64,000 nt of DNA from an uncultured Spirochaetaceae bacterium. GTDB taxonomy: Bacteria > Spirochaetota > Spirochaetia > Sphaerochaetales > Sphaerochaetaceae. Within the stretch, counting starts at the first letter, position 1; each line of letters starts with the position of its first letter. Positions 48,352 to 58,742 of the stretch are shown in pieces. The notes below the pieces were generated by a model. That model did no database searches. It was given only the letters and a program-made list of their open reading frames with translations, and was not told the DNA's origin. The stretch covers positions 1,275-65,274 of the forward strand of contig CALXKZ010000025.1 in NCBI GenBank assembly GCA_944389065.1. The letters run 5' to 3'. A program made the position numbers and the translations under genes.

Positions 48352-49854
48352 GTGCTGGATCTAACAAATGAAATCAATTCGATGATCGAAGATAGCCGCA
48401 TGGATGAGGATAAGGTTCTGTCTCTTATCCACGATATGCTTGTAAGCGCATACAAGAGGAAGTTCGGAACGGATGAGAACGTCGAAGTGCGCTTCTTCCC
48501 GAATGACAGAGGACAGGAGAGCAGATGCGTAGAGCTTTACTCTGTCAAAGAGGTTGTAGAGGAAGAGGACTGGTTCGATAGCGTGAAGCAGATTCCGTAT
48601 GATGAAGCAGCGGAGCTTGTCGAGGATGTGGAGATCGGCGATTCGCTTGAGATCCCTGTCGATCCCAGGACATTCGAGTACTCTGCTGTCCAGTCTGCAA
48701 AGCAGCGCTCTCAGCAGGTGGTCAAGGAATATAACACAGATAAAGTATATGTCGATGCAAAGGCTATGGAAGGAAAGCTTGTCATCGGTGAGATAAAGAG
48801 ACAGCTCCGCAATGGGGATTTCATGGTCAATCTCAACCTTGAGAACACCGATGCGCTCTTCCCGGTTCGCGGACAGAGCCCAAGAGAGACATATGAGACC
48901 CAGGAGAAGCTTAAGTTCTTCGTAGAGCGTGTTGATAAGGGAGAAGGCGAGGAAAGACGCGGAAGGGATGGTCAGATGCAGAAGAAGAAGGGTGGAGTAA
49001 GAATCCTCCTTACACGTGCATCAAAGGATTTCATCAAAGCTCTGATCGAGAACGAGGTTCCGGAGATCTCTTCCGGCGATGTCGAGATCAAGTCAATCGC
49101 CAGACATGCTGGAATCAGGACGAAGATCGCCGTTGATACACATAAGACAGATGTCGATCCAGTAGGTTCAACAGTCGGAAAGTCAGGAACGAGGATCCAG
49201 ACCGTGATGACTGAATGCGAGGGAGAGAAGATCGATGTAGTACGCTATACGGAAGATCCGCTTGCATTCATCGCAAATGCCCTCATACCTGCACAGGTCA
49301 GAAGGGTTGTGACGATAGATCCTGCCACAAAGCATGTTGTTGCCATCGTCGACGATAACCAGCTTGGAATCGCTATCGGACAGGGTGGCGTGAATGTCAA
49401 GCTGGCGAAGATGCTCACTGACTGGAATATCGAGGTAAAAACCCAGGATCAGTTCAATGAGATGGAGCAGACAATGGAGATCTACCGCAATGTCGATAAT
49501 CTCTTCAAGCAGGATGATAATGCTGAAGAGGAGAAAGCGGAGAAGCATGTCTCCAATCAGGAGCTCGGAATCGATCCAGATGATACACCGCTTACTGATA
49601 TCGGGCTCTCGGACAGCCTGATAAGAAAGCTCCATGATATCGATATATGGTCAATCGAGGAGTTCTTCGATTACAGTGATGAAGAGCTTCATGACAAGGG
49701 GCTTTCGGATGAGGAGATCGAATCCGTCCGCGGCAGTGTCGTGATTGCCGAGGATGAGGATGATGGCGAATTCGAATGTCCGATCTGCCATGAGATGCTG
49801 AAGGCTGGTACAGCTGTCTGCCCGAAGTGCGGTGCAGAGTTCGAGTTCGAGTGA
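48352..49854 (+). CDS. nusA: Transcription termination/antitermination factor NusA with C-terminal zinc-ribbon extension
   Basis: NusA N-domain, S1 and two KH regions (GTRIQTVMTECEGEKIDVV, GQGGVNVKLA), an acidic HhH-like segment, then CPICHEMLKAGTAVCPKCG. GTG start. Confidence 0.9.
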   Translation: MLDLTNEINSMIEDSRMDEDKVLSLIHDMLVSAYKRKFGTDENVEVRFFPNDRGQESRCVELYSVKEVVEEEDWFDSVKQIPYDEAAELVEDVEIGDSLEIPVDPRTFEYSAVQSAKQRSQQVVKEYNTDKVYVDAKAMEGKLVIGEIKRQLRNGDFMVNLNLENTDALFPVRGQSPRETYETQEKLKFFVERVDKGEGEERRGRDGQMQKKKGGVRILLTRASKDFIKALIENEVPEISSGDVEIKSIARHAGIRTKIAVDTHKTDVDPVGSTVGKSGTRIQTVMTECEGEKIDVVRYTEDPLAFIANALIPAQVRRVVTIDPATKHVVAIVDDNQLGIAIGQGGVNVKLAKMLTDWNIEVKTQDQFNEMEQTMEIYRNVDNLFKQDDNAEEEKAEKHVSNQELGIDPDDTPLTDIGLSDSLIRKLHDIDIWSIEEFFDYSDEELHDKGLSDEEIESVRGSVVIAEDEDDGEFECPICHEMLKAGTAVCPKCGAEFEFE

Positions 49855-49864
49855 TAAAAGGAAT

Positions 49865-52549
49865 ATGATGTCAGAGGATAAGAAGAACGAAGAGAAGACC
49901 ACGAAGGTCAACGTCATCAGAAGAGCTGCTCCTGTGCATAAGGCAGAGGAGACAGTTCAGCATCAGGCTGAGGCTGAGAAGAAGGTGATTGTCCTGAAAA
50001 AGAAGCCTGTGGTTGTCAAGGTCAAGGAGAAGGAAGAGGAGAAGAAGCCTGCTCCGCTTGATTATAAGGCTGAAAGCAAGGTAGAGCTTGCATCCAGCGA
50101 TATCAGGACACCTGTGATCACAAGGCCTTCGAATCTCCCGCCGCTCGAGCCTCTGAGAAAGGCTGAGCAGAAGAAGGAGAAGCCTGCAGCGCCTGAGGCT
50201 CCTAAGAAGGAAGAGCATCAGAATGTCCTTACCGGAAAGAGCTTCATGACGAATACTGCTGTCCACCATCAGAACTCACGTATCCAGTCGCCGCTTCATA
50301 ATGGACCCGTCATCATCAAGAGTGCTGATCTTCCTCCTGTTCCGGGACAGAAGGTCGAGTCCTCATCCGATGGACAGCCTGCACGCCCGCGTGTTGCTGG
50401 TATTGTCGGCGGCCGTCCTGCAGGTGGAAGGCAGCAGGGCAACATGAGGCCTCGTTTCCAGAACGGACAGAAGCAAGGATCATTCAGGCAGGGACAGAAT
50501 GGGCAGAGGATGCCGCGTCCTGGCCAGAGCTATATACCAGGCGGAGACCGCCCGGGCTTCCGGCATGATGGCGGTCAGCGTCCAGTCTTCGGATCCCGTC
50601 CGATGAGACCAATGGGCGGAGGTGCTGCCCCTGGACCGGAGCTTAACCAGAAAGGACCTGGGAAGCGGCCTCAGAGCAGCCAGTCAAAGCGCAAGGATTA
50701 TGACAAGTACTCGCGCGATGAAGAGCTTGATTTCCAGTTCCAGAAAAAGAAGAGGGAGGAGCAGAAGCTTGCAGCTGTTCCGAAGTCTATCGACATCATG
50801 GAGAATATCACGGTCGCGGATCTTGCGAAGAAGATGAACCTCAAGGCCAGCGATATCATCTCAAAGCTCTTCAAGATGGGGCTGATGGTGACGATTAACC
50901 AGCAGATTGATCACGATACTGCTGAGATAATTGCATCGGAGTATGATTGCCAGGTCCATCTTGTATCGCTGTATGATGAGACGATCATCGCTCAGGATGA
51001 GGACAGACCTGAGGATATGAAGCCAAGAGCTCCGATCGTCACGATCATGGGACATGTCGACCATGGAAAGACGAAGCTGCTTGATGCAATCCGCTCATCC
51101 AATGTAGCAGAAGGCGAGTTCGGAGGAATTACGCAGCACATAGGCGCATATAAAGTCAGCGTGCCTGGAAAAGGCAATATAGTATTCCTTGATACTCCAG
51201 GCCATGCCGCATTCTCAATGATGAGAGCAAGGGGAGCGCAGGTTACTGATATCGTAGTCCTTGTCGTTGCGGCGAATGACGGTGTCATGCCTCAGACAAA
51301 GGAGGCTATAGACCACGCGAAGGCTGCGAAGGTCCCTATCATTGTCGCAATAAACAAGTGCGATCTGCCTGAAGCCAATCCTGAGCGCGTTATGCAGCAG
51401 CTTTCAGAGCTTGGCCTTGTCCCGGAGGAATGGGGTGGACAGACTCTCTACTGCAGGATATCCGCTCTTAAGAAGGATGGAATCGAGGATCTTCTCGATA
51501 CGATCCTCCTGCAGGCTGAGATGCTCGAGCTCCAGGCAAATCCTGACTGCCGTGCTGTAGGAAAGGTTCTCGAGTCGAGGATCGATCAGGGAAGGGGAAT
51601 CGTTGCCACTGTTATTATAGAGAAGGGAACTCTGCATCAGGGGGATTACTATGTTGCGGGAATCTATCCCGGACGTGTAAGAGCCATGTTCGATGATAAA
51701 GGCAAGAAGATAAAGGAAGCAGGGCCTTCCGATCCTGTTGAGATCATCGGACTTTCGGATATTCCTTCTGCCGGAGATCCATTCCAGGTAACAGAGGACG
51801 AGAAGCAGGCGAGGATGGTAGGCGCAAAGCGCCAGGAACTTGAAAGGATCGGAGAGGGAGCCGGCCGCAGCAAGATCACTCTTGAGAATCTCAATGAGAA
51901 GATCAGGGAAGGCCAGGTCACGGATTTCAATGTCGTCATCAAGGGCGATGTACAGGGATCGGTTGAAGCTCTCCAGGGTGTTCTCGAAAAGCTCTCGACA
52001 GCTGAGATCAAGCTGAATGTGCTACGCGCATCCGCCGGTGCGATCATCGAGTCCGATATTACCCTTGCATCTGCATCGGATGCTATAGTCATCGGCTTCA
52101 ATGTCCGTCCGACTCCGCGTGCACAGGCTCTTGCCGAGCAGGAGAAGGTCGAGATCAAGAAGTACAATGTCATCTATGATGTAGTTGACGACATCAAGGC
52201 TGCAATGGAAGGAATGCTCTCGCCTGAGATCAAGGAAGTCGATATCGGAAAGGTTGAGGTGCGTGATACATTCAAGGTGCCGAAGGTCGGTCTCATCGCA
52301 GGCTGCTATGTTCTTGAAGGAAAGGTAAAGCGCAACAGCCTTGTACGCGTTATCCGCGATTCCATCCAGATCAACAAGGATATGATAAGGATCTCTTCGC
52401 TTAAGAGATTCAAGGATGATGCGAAAGAGGTTGCTGAGGGATTCGAGTGCGGTATCGGACTTGAGAACTGGCAGGATCTCCAGATCGGAGATATCCTTGA
52501 GATCGTAGAGACTGAGGAAATCAGAAGGAAGCTTGAGATAAATGAGTGA
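49865..52549 (+). CDS. infB: Translation initiation factor IF-2
   Basis: Low-complexity Lys/Glu and Arg/Gly/Gln-rich N-region, then a GTPase domain ([21 protein letters not shown]). Start was trimmed to ATG 49865. Confidence 0.95.
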   Translation: MMSEDKKNEEKTTKVNVIRRAAPVHKAEETVQHQAEAEKKVIVLKKKPVVVKVKEKEEEKKPAPLDYKAESKVELASSDIRTPVITRPSNLPPLEPLRKAEQKKEKPAAPEAPKKEEHQNVLTGKSFMTNTAVHHQNSRIQSPLHNGPVIIKSADLPPVPGQKVESSSDGQPARPRVAGIVGGRPAGGRQQGNMRPRFQNGQKQGSFRQGQNGQRMPRPGQSYIPGGDRPGFRHDGGQRPVFGSRPMRPMGGGAAPGPELNQKGPGKRPQSSQSKRKDYDKYSRDEELDFQFQKKKREEQKLAAVPKSIDIMENITVADLAKKMNLKASDIISKLFKMGLMVTINQQIDHDTAEIIASEYDCQVHLVSLYDETIIAQDEDRPEDMKPRAPIVTIMGHVDHGKTKLLDAIRSSNVAEGEFGGITQHIGAYKVSVPGKGNIVFLDTPGHAAFSMMRARGAQVTDIVVLVVAANDGVMPQTKEAIDHAKAAKVPIIVAINKCDLPEANPERVMQQLSELGLVPEEWGGQTLYCRISALKKDGIEDLLDTILLQAEMLELQANPDCRAVGKVLESRIDQGRGIVATVIIEKGTLHQGDYYVAGIYPGRVRAMFDDKGKKIKEAGPSDPVEIIGLSDIPSAGDPFQVTEDEKQARMVGAKRQELERIGEGAGRSKITLENLNEKIREGQVTDFNVVIKGDVQGSVEALQGVLEKLSTAEIKLNVLRASAGAIIESDITLASASDAIVIGFNVRPTPRAQALAEQEKVEIKKYNVIYDVVDDIKAAMEGMLSPEIKEVDIGKVEVRDTFKVPKVGLIAGCYVLEGKVKRNSLVRVIRDSIQINKDMIRISSLKRFKDDAKEVAEGFECGIGLENWQDLQIGDILEIVETEEIRRKLEINE

Positions 52550-52901
52550 GTTCTCGCAGTCAAGGCTTGAGTCAAGGATCATGGAGGCTATCTCCTCCCT
52601 GATCGTCTCAGGCCAGATAAAGAATCCGCATCTGTCTGTATTCACTTCCGTTACGCGTGTCGAGCTTGCTCCTGATAACACGGCAGCGCGTATCTATGTC
52701 TCCTCAATGCCTGAGGAAAGGATAGATCCGTCTGTGAAGGCTCTCAACAGTGCCCGCGCATTCATCCAGCGAAAGCTTGCGGATGTGCTCAGGACAAAGA
52801 ACACCCCTGTCCTTGAGTTCTTCCGTGATGACAGCTACAGGGAAGCGGATAGGATAAACAGATTGATCGACGAGGCTATGAAGGAGACAGATGGCAGATG
52901 A
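52542..52901 (+). CDS. rbfA: Ribosome-binding factor A
   Basis: 119 aa with an RbfA pattern (RLESRIMEAISSLI...VTRVELAPDNTAARIYVS). Overlaps infB by 8 nt. Confidence 0.9.
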   Translation: MSEFSQSRLESRIMEAISSLIVSGQIKNPHLSVFTSVTRVELAPDNTAARIYVSSMPEERIDPSVKALNSARAFIQRKLADVLRTKNTPVLEFFRDDSYREADRINRLIDEAMKETDGR

Positions 52902-53740
52902 TGAAGATCATCATCGCCGATAAGCCGGAAGGCGTGACTTCGTTTTCATTCATCAAAAGACTCGGGAATGAGAAGTACAGAGGAGAGAAGATCGGACATG
53001 CCGGAACGCTTGATAAATTCGCGTCCGGACTGATGATCGTGCTTGTCGGAAGCGCGACGAAGCTCTCTCCTCTCTTCACGTCATTCGATAAGGAATACAT
53101 CGCATCAATCCGCTTCGGCATTGAGACCGATACGCTTGATCCCGAGGGCGCTGTCATCCGTGAATCTCCTCTTCCTGAGGAGGATGCAGTCCGCTCTGTC
53201 ATCCCTGATTTCATCGGACGCATACGTCAGGTTCCTCCTGTATACTCCGCAATACATGTTGATGGAAAACGTGCATACAGAGAAGCAAGGGAGGGGCATA
53301 ACGTCGATATGCCATCGCGCGAGGTCGAGATATCATCGCTTTCGCTTCTCTCACTTTCAAAGGAGGAGGCTGTCATAAGAGCCTCTGTATCAAAGGGAAC
53401 ATATATCAGGTCGCTTGGCCGTGATATCGCTTCAAAGGCAGGATCCGCAGGATATATCTCTGCCCTGAGGCGTCTCAGGATCGGTCCATGGACACTTGAG
53501 GACTCCGGGCTTTCAACGGCGGAGCTCTTAGAGAAGACCGGGCTTTTTTCCGATCTTGTTCTCCCGGACCGTGCTGAGAAGATGGCTGAGAACGGATTCA
53601 TCGACCCCGATTTCCTATCTCTCGATACAGATCTGGATAAGCCTTTCTGCAGGATAAGGGCAGGAAGATTCAGGGCTGTAGGGGAGAAAACGTCTGGAAA
53701 GGTCAGGATCCTTGGAAGGTACGAAGATGGAGATCTATGA
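52898..53740 (+). CDS. truB: tRNA pseudouridine(55) synthase
   Basis: Catalytic motif GHAGTLD, then QVPPVYSAIHVDGKRAY. ATGA overlap with rbfA. Confidence 0.9.
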   Translation: MMKIIIADKPEGVTSFSFIKRLGNEKYRGEKIGHAGTLDKFASGLMIVLVGSATKLSPLFTSFDKEYIASIRFGIETDTLDPEGAVIRESPLPEEDAVRSVIPDFIGRIRQVPPVYSAIHVDGKRAYREAREGHNVDMPSREVEISSLSLLSLSKEEAVIRASVSKGTYIRSLGRDIASKAGSAGYISALRRLRIGPWTLEDSGLSTAELLEKTGLFSDLVLPDRAEKMAENGFIDPDFLSLDTDLDKPFCRIRAGRFRAVGEKTSGKVRILGRYEDGDL

Positions 53741-54563
53741 TTTTTCCTCACTTCTTTCCCGGGGAGAGCTGAAGAACAGCAGGACTGTGTTCAGCATAGG
53801 GGTATTCGATGGTGTGCATCTTGGTCATCATGCAATCCTCAGCACTCTGAAAAGGAGAGCAGAGGAGATGGATGCCAGAAGTCTTGCAATCACATTCTCC
53901 TCGAATCCGAAGAACAAGAGCACAGGGTGTCTTGATACACTTCGTCTCCGCTCTTCCTATATTGCTTCATTCGGCATAGATTTTCTTGCAGTAATTGACT
54001 TTTCCACCGAATTCAGTAAGATAACAGCTTGTGGGTTTGCATTGCTTCTTTCAGAGCTCTGCGATCCTGTGCATGCTGTATTCGGAAGCGATTTCCGCTT
54101 CGGATCCAGGGAAAGCCAGAGAGAAGGCAGGGATATGCCGGAGCTTCTTGCTCTCTATGGGAAAAAGTGCAGCGTGGATATTGTTGATTCTGTCCTTGAC
54201 GATGACGGGATACGCATTTCGTCAACGCGTCTGAGGAAGATGATAGAGAAAGGAGAGCTCGGGACTTTCCTGAAGCTTTCCGGTCAATTCTACAGGGTTG
54301 ATCTTGTGCCTATACCTTACAGATCCTGCTCTGGAGAACTGATTTTCAGCAGGGCCTCGATTCATCAGCTCCTACCGCCACTGGGAACTTATGATACCCG
54401 GCTTCTTGCTTCTGACGGGAGATATGCCGAGTGCGTATCGGAGATCGACAGAGAGTTTCTCCGTATTTCCGATCCATTCCATCTCTCTGCTACCGGCGGA
54501 GGCAGCAGCCAGGGAAAAGGGAAACTGCAGCTAGATTCAATATTTCTGGAGAGAAAGAGATGA
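53727..54563 (+). CDS. ribF: FAD synthetase (RibF-like); C-terminal riboflavin-kinase-like domain is divergent
   Basis: N-terminal nucleotidyltransferase motifs [14 protein letters not shown] and ISSTRLR. The C-terminal ~130 aa lack a PTAN-type riboflavin kinase motif as far as I can see. Confidence 0.7.
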   Translation: MEIYDFSSLLSRGELKNSRTVFSIGVFDGVHLGHHAILSTLKRRAEEMDARSLAITFSSNPKNKSTGCLDTLRLRSSYIASFGIDFLAVIDFSTEFSKITACGFALLLSELCDPVHAVFGSDFRFGSRESQREGRDMPELLALYGKKCSVDIVDSVLDDDGIRISSTRLRKMIEKGELGTFLKLSGQFYRVDLVPIPYRSCSGELIFSRASIHQLLPPLGTYDTRLLASDGRYAECVSEIDREFLRISDPFHLSATGGGSSQGKGKLQLDSIFLERKR

Positions 54564-54826
54564 TTACAAAAGAACAGAAGAATGAGCTTGTGGTTAAGTA
54601 CGGCAATGATTCGAGGAACACAGGAGACGCAAAGGTACAGGTTGCACTCCTCACAGCACGCATTAATGACCTTCAGGGACATTTCCAGGCGAATCCTAAG
54701 GATCATGCTTCGAGAAGAGGTCTTCTCAAGCTTGTCGGTCAGCGCCGCCGTCTCCTGAAGTACATCAAGAACAGGAACATCGACGAGTACAGAAAGCTCA
54801 TCGCCGATCTTGGCCTGAGAAAGTAA
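54560..54826 (+). CDS. rpsO: 30S ribosomal protein S15
   Basis: 88 aa: [42 protein letters not shown]...[24 protein letters not shown] overlap with ribF. The tracked ORF 54431.. is an extension. Confidence 0.95.
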   Translation: MITKEQKNELVVKYGNDSRNTGDAKVQVALLTARINDLQGHFQANPKDHASRRGLLKLVGQRRRLLKYIKNRNIDEYRKLIADLGLRK

Positions 54827-54831
54827 TGAAT

Positions 54832-54855
54832 GAAAGCCAGCCGATGCTGGCTTTC
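54832..54855 (+). terminator. rpsO-pnp intergenic hairpin (terminator / processing site)
   Basis: Perfect 10-bp stem GAAAGCCAGC / GCTGGCTTTC with loop CGAT, 5 nt after the rpsO stop. No long U-tract. Confidence 0.55.
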
Positions 54856-54905
54856 TCACGTATATCGCGGACTGAAAGAACAAAAAAAGAACAAGAAGGA
54901 AGATT

Positions 54906-57029
54906 ATGTCAGAAGTAAAATCAGTTTCGGTCAGAATCGGGGATATAGACCTTGTATTCGAGACTGGAAAAATCGCCAAGCAGGCGAACGGTGCTGTCTA
55001 CGCTCACTATGCGGGATCAGCAGTCATAGCGACTGTATGCTGCGGAGAGGCACCATCGGAACCGATTGATTATGTACCGGTATCCGTTGAATACAACGAG
55101 AAATACTATGCTGCGGGAAAGATCCCTGGAGGATTTCTTAAAAGAGAGTCAAGACCAAAGGACAAGGAGATTCTTGTATCGAGGCTTATCGACAGGCCGA
55201 TGAGACCGCTTTTTGATAAGGCTTTCGGACGCGAGATCCAGATTGTCCCTACAGTTGTCTCCTCTGATATGTGCCACACACCGGATATCGTTGCGATCAA
55301 TGCAGCTTCCTGTGCTGTCACTATCTCCGATATCCCGTTCTACGGTCCTATCGCGGCTGTCCGCGTCGCCAAGATCGGAAATGAATATGTCATCAACCCC
55401 ACATTCCAGCAGATGCCGGAGGCCTCTCTTGATATCGTTGTTGCAGGAACACATGATGGGATCACGATGGTTGAAGGTGGAGCAAAGGAAGTTTCCGAGG
55501 ATGATATGCTCGGTGCTATCGCAGCAGCCCAGCCAGTCATCACCAGAATCTGCGAAGCACAGGATGAGATGAGAAGGATCTGCGGAAAGGAGAAGCTTCC
55601 TCTAATGGTTATCGAGGACAAGGACCTTTCCTGGATGGATCCTGTCAAGGAGTATGCATATCCTCTTGAGAAGGAGGCATCCTTTGTAAAGGGTAAGATG
55701 AATAGATATGCTGCTCTTGAGGAAGTCCATAACTCTGTCAAGGAGAAATTCGCTGACCTCATTGCAGAGGATGAGAAGAGATCTGGTGAGATCGATAAGA
55801 TGTTCGAGGATATGGAGTATGAGATCCTCCGTTCATCGATTCTCAATGATGGAATAAGGACAGATGGAAGAAAGGTCACTGAGATCCGTCCTATCACATG
55901 CGAGGTAGGGGTTCTTCCATGCACTCACGGCTCTGCTCTCTTCACACGTGGTGAGACACAGTCCCTTGCTGTCACTACACTCGGAACAGTTCAGGATGAG
56001 CAGCTTTTCGATACAATCGACGGCGAGAAGACATACTCCAATTTCATGCTCCATTACAACTTCCCTCCGTATTCGGTAGGAGAATGCGGGCGTCTTACGA
56101 CAGGAAGAAGGGAGATCGGACATGGACATCTTGCACAGCGTGCGCTTGAGGCTGTCGTGCCGAAGAAGGAGAAGTTCCCGTATACGATCCGTGTCGTATC
56201 GGAGATCATGGAGTCCAATGGATCATCTTCCATGGCATCGGTATGCGGAGGATGTCTTTCCCTTATGGATGCAGGCGTTCCTATCTCAAAGCCGGTTGCA
56301 GGTATAGCGATGGGACTTATCACAGAGGGCGCTGATTACTCCAAGTATGTGATTCTTTCCGATATCCTCGGAGAGGAAGACCACCTTGGCGATATGGATT
56401 TCAAGGTCGCTGGAACAAAGGATGGCATCACTGCTTTCCAGATGGACATAAAGATCGCAGGAGTCACTCCGGAGATCATGAGCAAGGCTCTTCAGCAGGC
56501 TAAGGATGGAAGGATGCACATCCTTTCGATCATGGCCCAGACACTTTCAGCTCCGCGCTCTGAGATTTCTGAGCTTGCTCCGAAGATCCTTACAGTCACT
56601 GTGCCGGAGGATAAGATCGGTGCTGTCATCGGAACAGGCGGAAAGACGATCAAGTCAATTGCCCAGCAGTCCGGTGCGGAGATCAACATCGATGACAATG
56701 GAACTGTGATGATCTATGGCCGCAACAATGCTTCAGCACAGCAGGCGAAGAATCTCGTGCTTTCCATCATTGAGGAGCCTGAGGTAGGCAGAATCTATCA
56801 TGGAACTGTAAAGAGAATCGTTGATTTCGGTGCATTCATTGAGATTCTTCCAGGCAAGGAAGGGCTCTGCCACATATCCAAGCTTGCACGCACAAGAGTG
56901 AAGAACGTTTCTGATGTCCTTTCTGTAGGTCAGCAGGTCGATGTCAAGCTGATTGAGATTGACAGAATGGGAAGACTCAATCTTTCATACATCGATGCTC
57001 AGCCTGAAGAGGCCAAGGACAAGAAGTGA
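54906..57029 (+). CDS. pnp: Polyribonucleotide nucleotidyltransferase (PNPase)
   Basis: 707 aa with two RNase PH-like domains (DGRKVTEIRPI), a KH domain (GAVIGTGGKTIKSI) and an S1 domain (GRIYHGTVKRIVDFGAFIEI). Confidence 0.95.
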   Translation: MSEVKSVSVRIGDIDLVFETGKIAKQANGAVYAHYAGSAVIATVCCGEAPSEPIDYVPVSVEYNEKYYAAGKIPGGFLKRESRPKDKEILVSRLIDRPMRPLFDKAFGREIQIVPTVVSSDMCHTPDIVAINAASCAVTISDIPFYGPIAAVRVAKIGNEYVINPTFQQMPEASLDIVVAGTHDGITMVEGGAKEVSEDDMLGAIAAAQPVITRICEAQDEMRRICGKEKLPLMVIEDKDLSWMDPVKEYAYPLEKEASFVKGKMNRYAALEEVHNSVKEKFADLIAEDEKRSGEIDKMFEDMEYEILRSSILNDGIRTDGRKVTEIRPITCEVGVLPCTHGSALFTRGETQSLAVTTLGTVQDEQLFDTIDGEKTYSNFMLHYNFPPYSVGECGRLTTGRREIGHGHLAQRALEAVVPKKEKFPYTIRVVSEIMESNGSSSMASVCGGCLSLMDAGVPISKPVAGIAMGLITEGADYSKYVILSDILGEEDHLGDMDFKVAGTKDGITAFQMDIKIAGVTPEIMSKALQQAKDGRMHILSIMAQTLSAPRSEISELAPKILTVTVPEDKIGAVIGTGGKTIKSIAQQSGAEINIDDNGTVMIYGRNNASAQQAKNLVLSIIEEPEVGRIYHGTVKRIVDFGAFIEILPGKEGLCHISKLARTRVKNVSDVLSVGQQVDVKLIEIDRMGRLNLSYIDAQPEEAKDKK

Positions 57030-57457
57030 CAGTAAAGCTCAGGCTTGATGGTGGGGCCGAGTGCCCCATATACAGCACAGAAGGAGCCGCAGGAGCTGAT
57101 ATCAAAGCAGCTCCCGGCTTTTCTGCTGTGATCGAGCCTGGCCATTATCTTGCGGTTCCCACCGGGATCTATCCTGAAATCCCATCAGGATATGAGATCC
57201 AGGTACGTCCCCGCTCAGGGCTTGCCATGAAGCATGGGGTGACTGTGCTCAATTCCCCAGGAACGATTGACAGTGATTACAGGGGAGAGATCAGGGTGTT
57301 GCTCATAAATCATGGAAAAGCACCTTTTGCCGTCAATGGCGGCGACAGGATTGCCCAGCTGGTATTATCCAAGGTGGAGATCGCTTCCTTTGCCGTATCC
57401 GATACGCTTTCCAGCACGGAAAGAGGCACAGGTGGATTCGGTTCAACCGGAGTCTGA
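57026..57457 (+). CDS. dut: dUTP diphosphatase
   Basis: 143 aa with AAGADI, RPRSGLA, GTIDSDYRGE and RGTGGFGSTG motifs. The GTG start overlaps the pnp stop. Confidence 0.9.
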   Translation: MTVKLRLDGGAECPIYSTEGAAGADIKAAPGFSAVIEPGHYLAVPTGIYPEIPSGYEIQVRPRSGLAMKHGVTVLNSPGTIDSDYRGEIRVLLINHGKAPFAVNGGDRIAQLVLSKVEIASFAVSDTLSSTERGTGGFGSTGV

Positions 57458-57458
57458 T

Positions 57459-58742
57459 TTGAAGGAAAACAGAGGTTCTTACTTTCTTCTCTATCGATAT
57501 ATACTCCGTGAGTTCGCCCAGAATTTCGCTGTGGCGTTCATTTTCTTCTTCTGCATATTCTTCATCAATTCAATACTTCTTCTTGTTCAGCGGATCCTAT
57601 TGAGGAATATCGATATCATAACGATGCTCCAGATGGTCGCACTGTCAATGCCGCAGTTTCTGATCTATACCTTTCCTTTCGCCTCTCTTGCATCCTCATC
57701 GATGGTCCTTGGGGACCTTGGCTCCTCCAATGAGCTTCTGGCATTGAGAAGCTCCGGTATTTCATCCGGACATGTCTACAAACCCCTGATCGCAGCTTCT
57801 CTAGTGCTATCTGTTGTCACATTCGTCTTTGCCGATGTAGTCCTTCCATGGTCTTCCGTCGTCTATGAGGAGAAGCTGAGCGTCCTTATGAGAGACATGC
57901 CGACATTCGAGATTGAACCCAATAGCGTCAATACCGTCGGCAGCATCGTTCTCTCAAACGGCGAGAGCGAGGGGAACGAGATACATGACATTCTCCTCCT
58001 TGCGGATGATGATGGATCGGGACAGTCCAGGACTGTCGTTTCGGACAGGGGAACGCTGACACTTGTCGATCCATATAATTTCATCTACTCACTGGAACTT
58101 GATGAGCCGATGATACTTCTTTCTGAGACTGGAGACATAGATTCATATGGGCTTTCTGAAGCAGAAAGAGCTGTATTCTTCCTCGATTTTTCTGAGCAGA
58201 TTCCTTCCCTTACAAGCTCTGCTCCTGTGAATCTCTCGTCCCGCGATCTCATAGCAGGAATAATGGACAGGGAAGAAGCTGAAGAGAGTGACAGGGCAGA
58301 TTGGCACTACGCACGTGAGGATGCCCGCCTTAAGTATGCTGATGAGCTTAAGAAATCCACGAGGGAAGAAAACCGGAACGATCTCCAGCAGGCGCTTTCT
58401 GAAGCTGATCAATCGATAATGAGACGTGGCGAGAAGCCTCCTATCAATTTCTATTCGCAGTACTTCAAGGCTGAGCTTGCAAAGAAGTTCGTCCTTTCTG
58501 CAGCATGCTTCTGCCTTACGATGATAACTCTTCCTCTCTCAATGGTAAGGGTCAAGCATGGTAAGCTTACAGGCTTTGCGATATCGCTTCTGATTGCTGT
58601 TGCATACTGGTATATGCTCTTCGGAGTCCAGCTTGAGATCTTCTCGATCTCATCATCTCCTTATCTTCTGATCGCGCTTCCAGATATTGTGATACTTCTT
58701 GCAGCAATCATGCTTATATTCCGCTTCAGGAGGGCAAGATGA
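57459..58742 (+). CDS. LptF/LptG-family LPS export permease (first of a pair)
   Basis: N-terminal YRYILREF motif and a YjgP/YjgQ-like topology (TM cluster, large periplasmic loop, TM cluster). The tracked ORF start 57312 lies inside dut. The first in-frame start after the dut stop is the TTG at 57459. Confidence 0.7.
   Translation: MKENRGSYFLLYRYILREFAQNFAVAFIFFFCIFFINSILLLVQRILLRNIDIITMLQMVALSMPQFLIYTFPFASLASSSMVLGDLGSSNELLALRSSGISSGHVYKPLIAASLVLSVVTFVFADVVLPWSSVVYEEKLSVLMRDMPTFEIEPNSVNTVGSIVLSNGESEGNEIHDILLLADDDGSGQSRTVVSDRGTLTLVDPYNFIYSLELDEPMILLSETGDIDSYGLSEAERAVFFLDFSEQIPSLTSSAPVNLSSRDLIAGIMDREEAEESDRADWHYAREDARLKYADELKKSTREENRNDLQQALSEADQSIMRRGEKPPINFYSQYFKAELAKKFVLSAACFCLTMITLPLSMVRVKHGKLTGFAISLLIAVAYWYMLFGVQLEIFSISSSPYLLIALPDIVILLAAIMLIFRFRRAR

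Noticed and set aside
48424-48432. DnaA-box-like 9-mer TTATCCACG inside nusA as a hint of a replication origin
   Set aside because: It is a single imperfect copy inside a coding region. There is no cluster of boxes, no AT-rich unwinding element and no dnaA or dnaN nearby.
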